A stretch of DNA of 64,000 nt from Tubulanus polymorphus (lineage: Eukaryota; Animalia; Nemertea): positions 20,640,950 through 20,704,949 of the forward strand of contig NC_134029.1 of assembly GCF_964204645.1 (NCBI RefSeq). Direction: 5' to 3'. Under the pieces are notes generated by a model that saw only the letters and a program-made list of their open reading frames with translations, was not told the origin of the DNA and searched no databases. Below, piece after piece: positions 1 through 14,700 of the stretch (the stretch's first letter is position 1; each line of letters begins with the position of its first letter). The translations under genes and the position numbers were made by a program.

Positions 1-223
1 AAGTTCTTTACTCAAACTCTTGAGATGTAATAATAATAAAGTTTATATTTTGTGCTCTTCATAACGGTAATCAATCTCAAATATGTTTGTGTGACAGGGT
101 TTGAGTTTGACGTATAAACTTCAGAGTCTATTGCACTAATTGCACTGTGTAATTAGGAATGTTAATTACGTAATTGCGCGCACGCGCGGCGGCGAGTACG
201 TGTCCAAACTAGCTCAGCGGCGA

Positions 224-342
224 TGACGTATTTGCACCGCCGCCTGATGATCGAAGAACTATAAATAGTTTGAGCTAGAATATTCGAGAACTGACCAATG
301 AAGGATTGCCATTTAGTCACGTGAGTTGAATTGGTATATAAA
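224..342 (+). promoter_or_regulatory. Polyubiquitin promoter: CRE-like site, heat-shock element, CCAAT, E-box/CLEAR-like site, TATA box
   Basis: TGACGTA 224-230; perfect three-unit HSE aGAAt-aTTCg-aGAAc 277-291; CCAAT 295-299; GTCACGTGAG 316-325; TATATAAA 335-342. A non-coding exon follows, ending at a GTAAGT donor (437); the intron ends at TTTCAG 765, 1 nt before the ATG. Confidence 0.8.
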
Positions 343-742
343 CCGTCGGGCGCCCATTGTTAGGCATAATAAACACAAACTCGAACACGAACGCAGAACT
401 TTGTCTATCGCGAAAGCTTAAATATCACAAAATCAAGTAAGTTTTATAAGCTGTTTACTCGTTTAAATGTTTTGGTAACGATCATTCGATGTATGAAATA
501 GTAAGCGATGTATAAGTTGCGAAGATATCTCTGTTAAAATAAATACGTAGAAAGACGGAAAAGGATGATTACATTTGGGAACGAAGTTCAAGGTCAAACT
601 AAATGAATAAATTAGAAATTTGCTGACGTAGTTTATGCGTTGTCATTCTAGGAAATGGACGAATTAATAATCATGAAATCTCCATATACGTACATAGAAA
701 TAAAGTTTTTTTTTTATACGAAGTTAAAAAAGCATTGTCTAA

Positions 743-3327
<2,585 letters not shown>

Positions 3328-3965
3328 GAATGAATGAAAGCCCAATTAATTATGTTATCGTAATCCGTGGCAATCTATTTAGTGAATGGCAGATTTGAAT
3401 AATTTCGATGTAACAGTGCTTAATTCCATGTGTCTGAACACCAAAAATAAACAGATGAATAAATATGAATCTCAAGTGCATTTGTAGCTTTTAGTTTTAA
3501 TTTATCCGATAGAATGAACGCTTCAGTTGTAGAGGATTCGCTTCTTTTGTCATATATTACATGTTAACGTGGTAAAACTGCCAATCCAATAAGTCAATAA
3601 GTGAGTGGAAAAACAAAAGTTTGGTCATGTGCGTGCGGGTTGGGAGCACCTGCTAGGAGGTAGAGTAGAAAAGGGTGTCTCCGACTCGATGGTATCCAAA
3701 TAACCGGTATTGTCGACCATATTCCAAGATGGCTGAAAGATAGGATTTTCAAAATTGCTCAAATGAATTGTTGAATTTAGTTATATTACCAGTATCAAGA
3801 TGTTGATGCACATATTGCTAGGTGCGTATGGTTTAGTGATTGTATGAAATAATTATCCATTGCACTATGGCAGAGTAGAGGGGATTTATATTGCTGAATA
3901 GAAGTTGGGAAACAGGAGAAAATACGGAACCAACTTTTTCGCGTTTTTAATTTTATTAGCTGCTG

Positions 3966-4072
3966 GGGATCAGTTTCACAAAAGGTTTAAATCTTGAATC
4001 GATTTAATTTCTTCATTAATTTAGTTTATCTTAATTCGATTTAGGCCTTAATCCTTTTTGTGAAACTGGGCC
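3966..4072. mobile_element. Hairpin MITE, PIF/Harbinger-like (CTG flanks)
   Basis: Inverted ends cagtttcacaaaaagg / cctttttgtgaaactg with CTG on both sides; same family as 60172-60299. Confidence 0.6.
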
Positions 4073-5099
4073 CTGGTTAGTTTCAGTTCTCGTCTCTTGC
4101 TTCTTTTTTCAAGTTTAATTCAATTCAAGAAGGCTGAAAGCGTCTTAAACTTTCACCAAGAACCTTAGTGTCTGATGTACCACAGACACTAAGACACGAA
4201 CGACATTTTCTCGATACTCTTAAATCACTGTGACTTTAAACCACCAGAAATCCAGTTTCACTAAACCGATTGCGAAAAATAAACTCTCTTTACAAACCTC
4301 AAACATTCAGTTTTCTTATTATTATATTCATTTGGAGGTTTCTTCATCATAGTCCGTGCTTGATGCGATTTAAATACAGAAATAGCAAAAATGACACAAT
4401 TTTTTCACTTTGAAACTAGGCATTGTAACACTGTAGTTCGTTAGCAACAAGACACTTGAGGGATGCGTGTCTCATCGCTAAACAGCGCATCATTTTTGTA
4501 TCTTACATTTAATCGTACTAAAATCGGCTTTATCCTCAAACAAATATAATGAACAAACACAAAACGTCATAAGGTTAGTGTAGATAGTTTATTTATCAAA
4601 ATCGGTTCTTTATTTGCTGAGATATCGCAGTTTGAACACAGGCAAAAATGCCGACAGTAGTTCTGTCGGCAAAAGTCACGCGAATTTGAATGAACGTGTC
4701 TGGGTGGGTGGTTACATAGGATCGTAGAGCAACGTAGATACACTGTGGAGACAGCCACTGCCAGGACTGGGTGAACTTAAACTAAGCCCAAAAAGAACTT
4801 AATTATATTCTAAATTCGAAGACCGATAATAGTCTGCTAGCATCATCATTCATCCCATGTTTTGCTAAAATCTCTGATAGATGAAAAGGTCTGATTTTTT
4901 TAAAATTGGGGTAACGTAAATTTCTATTGGCCGTACGTTATGAGACTTAGACTGAAAACAGTTCTGAAACTATTGATTATGATAATATGTTGTGTAGAAC
5001 TGTTTATACCATTATTCTAATAGACACTATTTTGCTAAGGCTCATTCAGATAACTGATATGCACGCGCTCTCAGTCTCAGGTTCAAAAAGCATCCAATT

Positions 5100-5172
5100 A
5101 GTAGAAAATTGGGATCTGACCTAACGATCTATCCTCTTTGTGCTAGTCTAGTGTTTTACCACTGGACCATTG
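5100..5172 (-). mobile_element. Degenerate tRNA-derived SINE head
   Basis: Minus strand has A-box-like TGGTCCAGTGG and B-box-like GGTCAGATCCC at tRNA-like spacing; no complete cloverleaf. Confidence 0.35.
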
Positions 5173-5276
5173 TTTTTTTTTTTGGATTCAGTTCGTTTAT
5201 GTCTGGTATTATATGATTATATTTCAGGTATCGATTCCCACTAAGAAGTACCTAGCGACTAAAAAAAGAATCAGGT

Positions 5277-7390
5277 ATGGGGAATACTTGGAGTCATAGA
5301 AAAGGGATTAAAGGTACTCCTCCTAACTACGGTGGACCGTGGGTTCTACTATACTGCGGTTCAGCTACAAAGTGGCCGAAGATATCAGGTAACGTACTCA
5401 ATAAGAGAATAGGTGATAATATTTATTTCGGCAAAGAATTTTTGTTACATTCAATATAGTCGTAACACGTAAAGTCATCAAGTATGGACACCATCGGTAT
5501 GGACTATAGAGGACTAGGTACTATTGAAAAAAAATGAGAGCTAAGAGGCAGTTGAATAAGTTATTGATACAAGAAAAAGTATATGTCAGTTATTAACGCA
5601 ATAATGACACATAGTTGTTGGTTGTCTAATATAACAATATTCTTTGAACAATTAACTTTGCCTTTACTTGAATAATTGAATTTATGTATTATCAATGAAA
5701 CTGTCAAGTTCAGAATCGATGTAAATATTGTTCTAGGTCTCTATGGATTCTGTGAACAGCCGTACACATGTCACGGTGAAGAATGTGACCGCGAATCGAT
5801 TTGTTTACAGTACATGAAAGCGCAATTACATAAATGTCAATTCACCATTGAACTGCAAAGGTAACAATTAAAACCGTTATCTACAACCTTGTTCGTTTCA
5901 AAAGTCTAGTACCTAACGAGTGTTCTGGAAACAATAAGGTATTCTAGGTGTAATTTATAAGATCATCATCTAGTAATCAGACTGACTCCAGATGCAAAGT
6001 TTTAGAAATTTTGAATGGTCAACTCCGAATGGATTATTGTCTGCATATCACATGGAGAATCTCGTGTCATTTTATGTAAAGCATTTCTACGATGATTGCT
6101 TTTTTGGTGAAAACTTGTCTGATTTTTCGTTAAGTGCAATTATAAAAAATTTTAGATATTACGTTATAAAACACAAATAAATCAATATTTTCTGCCACAT
6201 TCTCGCAGGGTGGCCACTGACCTGGTAAACTGTGGGCATCAGAATAATCTGGGGAAACAATCAGGGATCAAACTCAAGGAATTTGACAAGTTTGTAGAAA
6301 ACCTGGAAAAATCAGGAAGATAGGATATGCCATCAGACAAAGCAGGTTGATTGGATATGCTATTGGACACTCATCTTGTTCACCAATTTAAACTAATTCT
6401 CATTTGTTCTTTTTGAATATCAGATTCAAGAAGTCGTCGATCATGATACCATTTGGCAATATTCCCGACTTGAAGACGAAATCGCGTTGCGGATTCACGT
6501 TGTGCGCGAACATTTGCACGAGTCGTAAAAATCTCGCTCTGTTGCTTTTGTATCGTTGGGACAATCTGAGCTACAAGGCGACGTTCATTTGCGTGAACCT
6601 AGCGAAGAAAAGCGTCATCGGATTGCTCGACGCCGAGCCGCAGAACATGTCGGTAATACAGTGCGAGTTCAGCCCGGATAATTCGATCGTCGCGGTCGTG
6701 TTTTACCACCGATCCGACTCGACGAACTTGTTTCAGTACGATCTGTTTCTGTACTCGTTGGAGACGTTTTCGTGCATCGACGTGTTGTGCTTGAACGACG
6801 AGGTGCGGCCGTACATCGCGTTCGACCCGCGTTACGCGAGCTCGCGCATCGCCGTCATCAACTACGGCAAGAAGGGCTCGCCGCAACTCGAGAAGTCGCT
6901 CGTCACTTATTGTCTGAATAAACACGCGATCGTCTGCTCGAGCAAGGTCAGTTTGCCGTTCATATTCGGAAACAGTTGCTTCTCGTTGTTGTACACGTTG
7001 GACGGACGGTATTTGATTGTGCAGAAAATAAGCGACAATCGACATGGTATCAGCAGCGATACCGATACGTACATATTCGACTCGGACACGTTGCAGCTTT
7101 TGTGGCATCATTTCACGCATTTGCCGTCGTTCGGATCGTTCTGCAGCGTGAACTATATGCCGCTGTTCTCGAAATGTTCCAGTCGCATTTGCATTCTCGA
7201 CGAGAAGCACACCGGGCGTAAGCCGTTTCAAAACGTGGCGATATTTCAACTGCCGCGACCTTTCAACCTACAGCAACTATGCAGAATTCATATACTCGAA
7301 TGCATCAGCTCATTGAACAAGGTCGATAAGTTACCACTCCCGCATAAAATCAAAGACTTTCTCAAATTTAGTCCCATGTATTACTATTGA
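5277..7390 (+). CDS. SOCS-box protein with N-terminal myristoylation motif and beta-propeller-like body (~400 aa)
   Basis: Exons 5277-5388, 5737-5860, 6424-7390 join in frame through phase-1 and phase-2 GT-AG introns. Starts MGNTWS. C-terminal PFNLQQLCRIHI...VDKLPLPHKIKDFL is a BC box plus LPLP Cul5 box. Blade-like motifs: EFSPDNSIVAV, AFDPRY, YTLDGRYLIV. Confidence 0.85.
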
Positions 7391-8802
7391 AATCTAGGCA
7401 TTTTAATGGAGCTGAAGTCCCTAACAAACGATATGAGGCCCGTTCAAGCAAAATGATTTTTATGCATCGTAGATCTAGATGGAGGATATGATCCTTTCGT
7501 TATTCAATATTTGCCTCTTCCTTACTAATGATAAGCAAATAAGTAAACTAGTCGTGTAAGCTTCAATAGAAATGTCACTAAGATTCGATGTATCAGATAT
7601 TTATAGCAATCGATATCTTTCTATATATATAAATCATATGTTTTTTATTAGAAATATGTAAGTATACGTGTTCTAGTCTCTGTTAATACTTGATATTTTA
7701 TCGCAGAAATCGCTTTCACTCGAAGTATTCATTTCAATATTAAGACTGAGTGAACTATAAGATCTGTAATGTGTTCTATTTTGTCTCGCTATGATCTGAA
7801 TTTTCCCAGTTCGTTTCCAGTCAGCTTTTGTAAAGTAACGCATTCATGTGATAGTCTGTGCTGTATTTGCTGATAATTTTCTGATCGAAGTTCACATTAA
7901 GTAGTGTATCTCGAGTTGTTCTAAATGATAGCAATCTCACAATCTCATTGCGGAGTTATTTATTCTACGTCAATGCAATGATTATCTGAAGTGTTATTAT
8001 AGATTGTCCTATATGGTTTTCCAGGACTAGGCTATCAAGTTCCGCTTGGTGTTTTCGATCATGAAAACTCGAGCACAAAAATGAGCGCGTTTTTTTCTAT
8101 TGTTCTCATCGACTGTTGAAATATTCAGAGTTTATGCTTATGTTTACGTAGTTTATATAGTTTTATATTGAAGTCAAAGTTTCTTATCGTTACCAGTACA
8201 GGTGTATATTGTTTGAATAGAAAAATCATGAGATGTAAATATATGTGGTAGCATTTATTTATGAGCGTAGTCAGCCGGATCAGTTGATCCTGGATCGGTA
8301 TGTCGTATGAGTTGATCATGCAGTTAAGCTATTGGTCTGCATTTTTTGTACGTATCATTTTGTTCGTTGAATAAGTTTATGTTCTTCAATAGAACCGTTA
8401 GGGATTTTAAATGAATATCTATCTATCGTTAACTGTATGTTAAAAATCACAGTCGAAAATTATATCTGCAAACATAGGCCTTTAGTTTTATTGACAAAAT
8501 TTATGGATCTATGCTACTTGGACAAGGGCCATTTCTTTCAGATTGTTAGAATCGAATAAACTTGATTCTTAAGAAAATAGGTGAAACAGGCTTTTGAATT
8601 ACGCGATATAAGCACACCACTAATTGATATCTGTAGTAGCAATGACGTAGATTTTGATTCCATCCTGTGTAGTTTAATTCCATAGCAATTACATTCAGTG
8701 CCATTGATTTTGTTTTAAAATATATATATATTGCAATAATTCAGTGAAGAGTTCCCTTGTTTTCTAATTCTCACTAGTTTTTCATGGCATTGTATGTCAG
8801 AG

Positions 8803-8837
8803 GTATATATATATATATATATATACATATATATATA
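8803..8837. repeat. (TA)n microsatellite
   Basis: Run of TA dinucleotides with one CA interruption. Confidence 0.9.
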
Positions 8838-11664
8838 CAGGCGAGGAAGTACTTGAAAATGCCGAACTGTCACGATGCAGTGTCCTTAAAACTTCAATTG
8901 ACATGCGGTGATATTTTCACCGACAAGACCTTCAGTTGGGACACTGAAAATGCGTATATTCTCCAGGAAGTAACATTCGAGTGCTTCTCATTGTAGGCTC
9001 TATAGTCTTTTAATATGGGGAAAGCAGAGAACCAATATATCACTATAATGTACCGGTATTTTCTCAACTACACCCTCAATAGAGACTTTAGTAGCTTCCT
9101 TTCATGCATGTAGCAAATATAATGTTTTACTATGAGGGTTGGATCTAGGAAAATTGGAAGGTAGAAGAAATACAAGACTGCTCAAATTGGATCCTATCAA
9201 CTCTGTACTCTAGTACCTAGCCGTCGTTCCACGAGGGAACCGTAACGTCTGGTATTCAGACTAATCAACTCTGATAACTGTTCAACTTGGAAACTTGTTG
9301 AAATATTCAATGTGACACTATTTAAGTAATACTTAACATCCAACTCGGATATGGCTCAATTTGGACACATTTTCATGGTCCCAGAGGAGTGTCGAATTCA
9401 CAGCTCTTAACGATCACTGTCTTCATGAAAAGGGAAAACTCAAAGGCAGTGTCTGGTCCCCCCCAAACACCCCCTTAAATCCACCTGAGATTTGAATAAA
9501 GCAAAGTCATGAGAGGAAAGACGAGAATGAGAATTCTTACTGCAACTCTTAACATTTTATTTATTCAAACAAAAACAAGTCTTGTGTGTTATAACAGAGA
9601 ATAATTACTTATCCCCTGAAATCGTATTCGACCATGGCAGGTAATTTGTCATGCTTGAGGACAAATTATCAACACAAGCAGGCGCCTATATTCTAAGAAT
9701 TTTATAAAAATTACAGCACATCACATGGCAATCTAATATTTGACCTAATTTGATGAAATAATTATTGAGAGAAAACGCCTGATGATTACCACACATATTT
9801 ATATATCCACATAATGGAATGCATACATAATTATTTACTTGGATACAACTCATGTTGGTCGATTGTCTCTGATAAAAATACGAACTATTTGTTGCCTTAA
9901 ACAAGAATGTCATGACTAGATTGTGATCGGCTTTTAAATGCATGAAGTTATGATAATTGATTTTGTCGTTGACGGAAAAAGTAGTAATGAAAAGAAAAAT
10001 AAAACAACGAAACAGATCTAGTCTGATGATGGCAATAAAAATACACGGTGAATGTTCGGGGCTCTGTTTCCCGAGTTATCTCGATGATTATTAGACACAG
10101 CCACTCAATTGGACCCTGTACTTCTCCATATGGTACAAATTGTTTTAACAACGGATTTCAATTCAAAACGCTACGTAAACATTTTTGCGTCATGAAATCA
10201 ACTCTGTATTCTACGGTTATGGTTTAGGTCGTGCTTGGTACACGAAAATAACAAAAATTACATTCTTCCGTTGTTTAGGTCATGCTTGGTATACAAAATA
10301 ACAAAAAATACATGAAGAGTTTTTGATAATAGCCTTAGAAAAATCGGCCCACATATATTGAAAACACCGGGAAGTAATGCCGACCAACTCAAACGCATAA
10401 AACATCATGATTCTGTAATAAATAAAATGCACAAAAGAGCTTGAATATAACACGATATTCTTGAGTACATGGCGGCTAGTCGTTGACTGATTCTCATAAT
10501 AATCTTCGGTCTCAAATACAAAAACAAGTAAAAGGTATACAGGTATAAAAGTGGATTAGTTGGGGAGATATGCAACACATGTATTTGAAAAAAAAAACGA
10601 AACAAATATTAACAATGAAATGATAAAAAAACTGGGGGTTCAGGGACACCGTGCCCATTTGGTGAAATGCCTGACCGTCTCCTGGTGAGCATATACAGAA
10701 ACCAATGACCGTGAAATTTTTCATTATCATAGAACATGTCATGAGCTACACTACTGATTGGCGATTGATTTTGATTGTGGTTGTAAAATATGCAGCAAGA
10801 TAATTGATCGAAGCATGTTCTAAATTTCCCCTGAAAGCTTCAAAATTGTGCAAGAACTGCTGATTTTGGCAATCGATAAAAGGCCGCTTGATGGCCGTCT
10901 TGATTCTATTCGGGCCAAACTTTTTGGCTGCAGACATGTCTAGTAGGTTAGACACCGGTTTAGATTAGACAATACATCAAAGGGTGTTGAAAATTTCCCA
11001 AAATGACTTTGTTTCTTTACGGACGGATGAAAAAAGTGAACATGATAATCCCACTGGAGCAACGTGCCAAGTGGGCAAAAAAGGCTCGACAAAATATTGA
11101 ACATATAAAGTGATGCTTCATGAACTACCACATGTGAATAAATGCCTAGTCGAGTCGTCTATTGCGTATTTGTACTAATGAGACATTTGAACTTTGTGTA
11201 CGACAAACAACTAGCGTCAGAAGATTCGAAATCATCTTCAAATACGAAATCTTATAAAAAGGTTAAGATACGTTAACACACCTATGAACAAGTTATGCCA
11301 TAGTTTTCTAGATTATCAATAAGTCAAGATTAAAAAACATAGTCGCTCAACACACGGTCGACAGCAACGTTCAATACATATTTTGAATGTATTTCTGTAC
11401 ATAAGTACCATGCAATATCATCTAAGAATATCAATGAATTTCTTAGAAATCTGACTACTATCCAGTTTACAAATAAACAGTTGTGCAGCATACAGTAAAT
11501 TCAATGACAATTTTGAATACAATAGAATTTATCACTAAAACACCATTCATTTTTCTGCATTAAACTTTTTAATACGTATTCATCCCTACGTAACTTTAAT
11601 ATGTACATTATACATCTAAAAAGTCACACAATGTAAGGAGCATCTCTGAAATATACAAAAGCTT

Positions 11665-11771
11665 CACGGTAAAAAGTTCCTTAGTGAACACCTCTCTATA
11701 GTGAATACCTCCAACAATGAACACTAATTGCTCGATCGCACAGGTGTTCACTATAGAGAGGTTTAACTGTA
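11665..11771. mobile_element. Tc1/pogo-like hairpin MITE remnant in the PARP 3' UTR
   Basis: Inverted repeat acctctctatagtgaatacct / aggtgttcactatagagaggt ending in ACTGTA; lies ~15 nt after the PARP stop codon. Confidence 0.55.
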
Positions 11772-11784
11772 TTAAGCAATGCAA

Positions 11785-14700
11785 TCAGATCTCAAGAGCG
11801 GCTTCTATTTGGGCTTTGAATCTATCATTATTCGTGTCAACATTTGAATCCCCAATTTGGCCATCTTCATATCTGAAATGAAGAACAATATTTCAATGAA
11901 TCCCACTCCTGTAACAGAAAACTTCACACAAAAAATAGAACTTACACAAAGAAGAACCTTGTACACACTAAACTATTATCAGTGTTCACCCATACACTTC
12001 CATGCTTCTTCAGTTTTGTTGGATGAGCAATAACTGAAAAATACAAAAAAGCTCAATTCATGTACTGGCCTTCTTTAGGACAAGTGATCCCTTGAAATTT
12101 ATTTTTCGTGTAGGTGTCGTAATTCATCAATGTAAAGGTAAAAGCCTCAATTGAAGCCTCTTATTATATTTCTGTATTTTTATAGACTGACAGAAAAGGA
12201 ATAATTCAGTTTGTTTGTCCATGGATAATTTACGTTCTGATTACCTTCACAAAGGGCGATACATGTCAGATTCCGGCTGGTTAAAAATCTTGGTTTCTGA
12301 AATGAGCACATAATGTACGATACGTTCATGAAATTAAGAGTCTAAGTCTTCCCACTACAGAATTATATACACTTACCCCGGATTCACCGGAGCCACTAGA
12401 TTTTTTCTGGCATAGTTGTTTACAATTGCCGTATCCCATGCCCGAATAACCAAACGATAAACTGCCGGACGGGCTGAGGTAAATACCTTCACCGTACGCC
12501 GCACCATGCATCTAGAATCAACAATATCTTCAATAGTAACACGATAATGATTTATAATGGGAAAATGCCTTAATTTTCGAAACTAGTTTCTTTTCGAATC
12601 TGACCTGATGTTTAGTTCCCGATGCATTGATTAAACCATTTCTCATTATTGAATGCCAGTTCTCAATATGTGAGCCACTAAAATCAGAATACGTAATTGA
12701 CAAATCTATGAAAATGACTTAATACTACAATGTATTCGATTCGCACGAAAATAAAACGTACTGAAACGCAAATATGCTGCCGTGCTCTTTTTTAGCAGTG
12801 CGGAACATAGCTTCTTTAGCTGGCGGACTACATAATAACAGAAACTGATGAGGTGTATGCATAAATTTCAATTGCTGAAATTAAAGATAAACACATCATA
12901 TAACATGTAACTCAAATGTGAAATAGATGAATCATTTTTCGCGGGAAATTTACCTTTTCTTTCGGTAGTTTTACGATATGTGACCTGTTACTCGTTATTA
13001 TCCTAAAAATCGTACGCAAATAAATGCCAACATTATTAAACAAGATTACGGTTGACGCATTCGTATTATCAGATCACTTACCATTGAAGTAATGGGTATG
13101 CCAGTATATCGCGTTTATCCATTTCTTGTTTGAGTTTATTGCCAAGTAATTTCGTCATGACAGCCATGATAGGAAACGTATCTAAGGCACGTTGTACTCG
13201 CTGATAATCCCGAAACTGCAGGAAACACATTAATAAACTATAACAGTATTTCAATTCCAAATAATCAGATCAGATCTACTACAAATTATTATTATACCTT
13301 TGGATGTAGAGCCAACTCTGTAGGATTTTTTGGGTCGACTATGGTCGGAAATGGATCGAATATAACTTCTTTTCGGTGAGACCGACAAGCGGCACTTGCC
13401 ATCGCGATGAGCAAGTCTACAACCTGAATAGAGAGATTAAGATACGAGTACATGAAGAATTCTTCTGACTCAAATCGAGGTAAAACTCATGTAGATATGT
13501 TTACCTCGGCTCCTGTAGCGATATCATCAGCGGCATCAGACATGACACCTAACGTTTGGAATGCAAATACACATAATTCCCGAGCGCACACCGCCGGCTA
13601 TGAAAAAAATATGATATGAAAAACCATGTATTAACTATTTAACGAATAAAATGCACGGGCTCTTCGGAATATGCAGCGAAATTCGAGCGGTACCTTGAGC
13701 ATTGCGCCGTTTTGAAAGACGTGCTGTTCATCACATACTACGCAATACTCGTTCAGCGTTGGAATTCGTTGGCATGTGTATTGCATGACCTGACACAAAA
13801 AACCGAATTCCAATCCGGGGATTTTCTTCGCCATTTGACCGGAACTCGTACTCGTCGGCATCAGAGTTAAGTCGGCTTCACCCGCCGTCGCGACTGCTGC
13901 CACCATGTCGGCTACGGCCGGAGTACCGGCGCTGAATTGACGCCTCGTTTTTGACGCTTTGTCAGGTGGAATTTTACCGGTTGATAGCTGTCGACCGGTT
14001 GTAGTGGGAGGTTTAGTGGTTAAGCTTCGAGCTGCTGGTGTTTCGTCGACTATCATACAATCAACGTTACTGTAGAAACAACATTGAAAATCGTGATAAA
14101 ATTTATCTTAAATTCATTATTGCAACGTAACATGATAAATTCCCACGACACAAAAAGAACAACAATTACAAAAGGCGTCCTCGAGCTTTAGTTTATTTCA
14201 ACTTTTTGACTTTATCTTCAGGAATATAGTATCTTGATTATTCATGAAGATGTCTATTGGGATAGAGTCGAAACAATGAAAATGCACTATAGTTCATTTC
14301 CAGGAATATTGTCCTATTCAGTAGGTCCTACGCTTGGTGATTAGGATTACATAGTCAAAAGGTTGAAAATAAATCATAAACTACATGCATAGCTCAAGCA
14401 AACCTTTCGGACTCATTATTCTTTTAGTATTGTGGGATTTTACATGAACAAAGTTTTTCGTCAAGATTATCGAAAATCTTTTTCGAGTCTTACTGATCTG
14501 TAGATGAAGACGCGAGAAATTCAGTTGCTTCTTGAATATTTCCTTGTGTCATGATTAAAGCGTTTCTAGCCAGAGAATGTTCGAAACCCATATCGATTAA
14601 TGTAGCTAATGAGTGATCATTCACTGATTTTTCGTTGTTGTCGCTCGTTGGTTTGTCATCATTCATGCTGATAATAAACCAAATGATAAGTGTTATTTGG

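Noticed and set aside
6599-7249. 216-aa antisense ORF over the SOCS-box exon
   Set aside because: Shadow of the CG-rich codon usage; no recognisable domain or splice context.
10222-10312. Two ~40-bp direct repeats
   Set aside because: Local tandem duplication in the probable PARP 3' UTR; only two units and a eukaryotic context, so not CRISPR-like.
14404-14420. Possible 17-nt microexon in the PARP gene
   Set aside because: Weak splice sites, it would shift the frame, and the flanking exons already join in phase 2.
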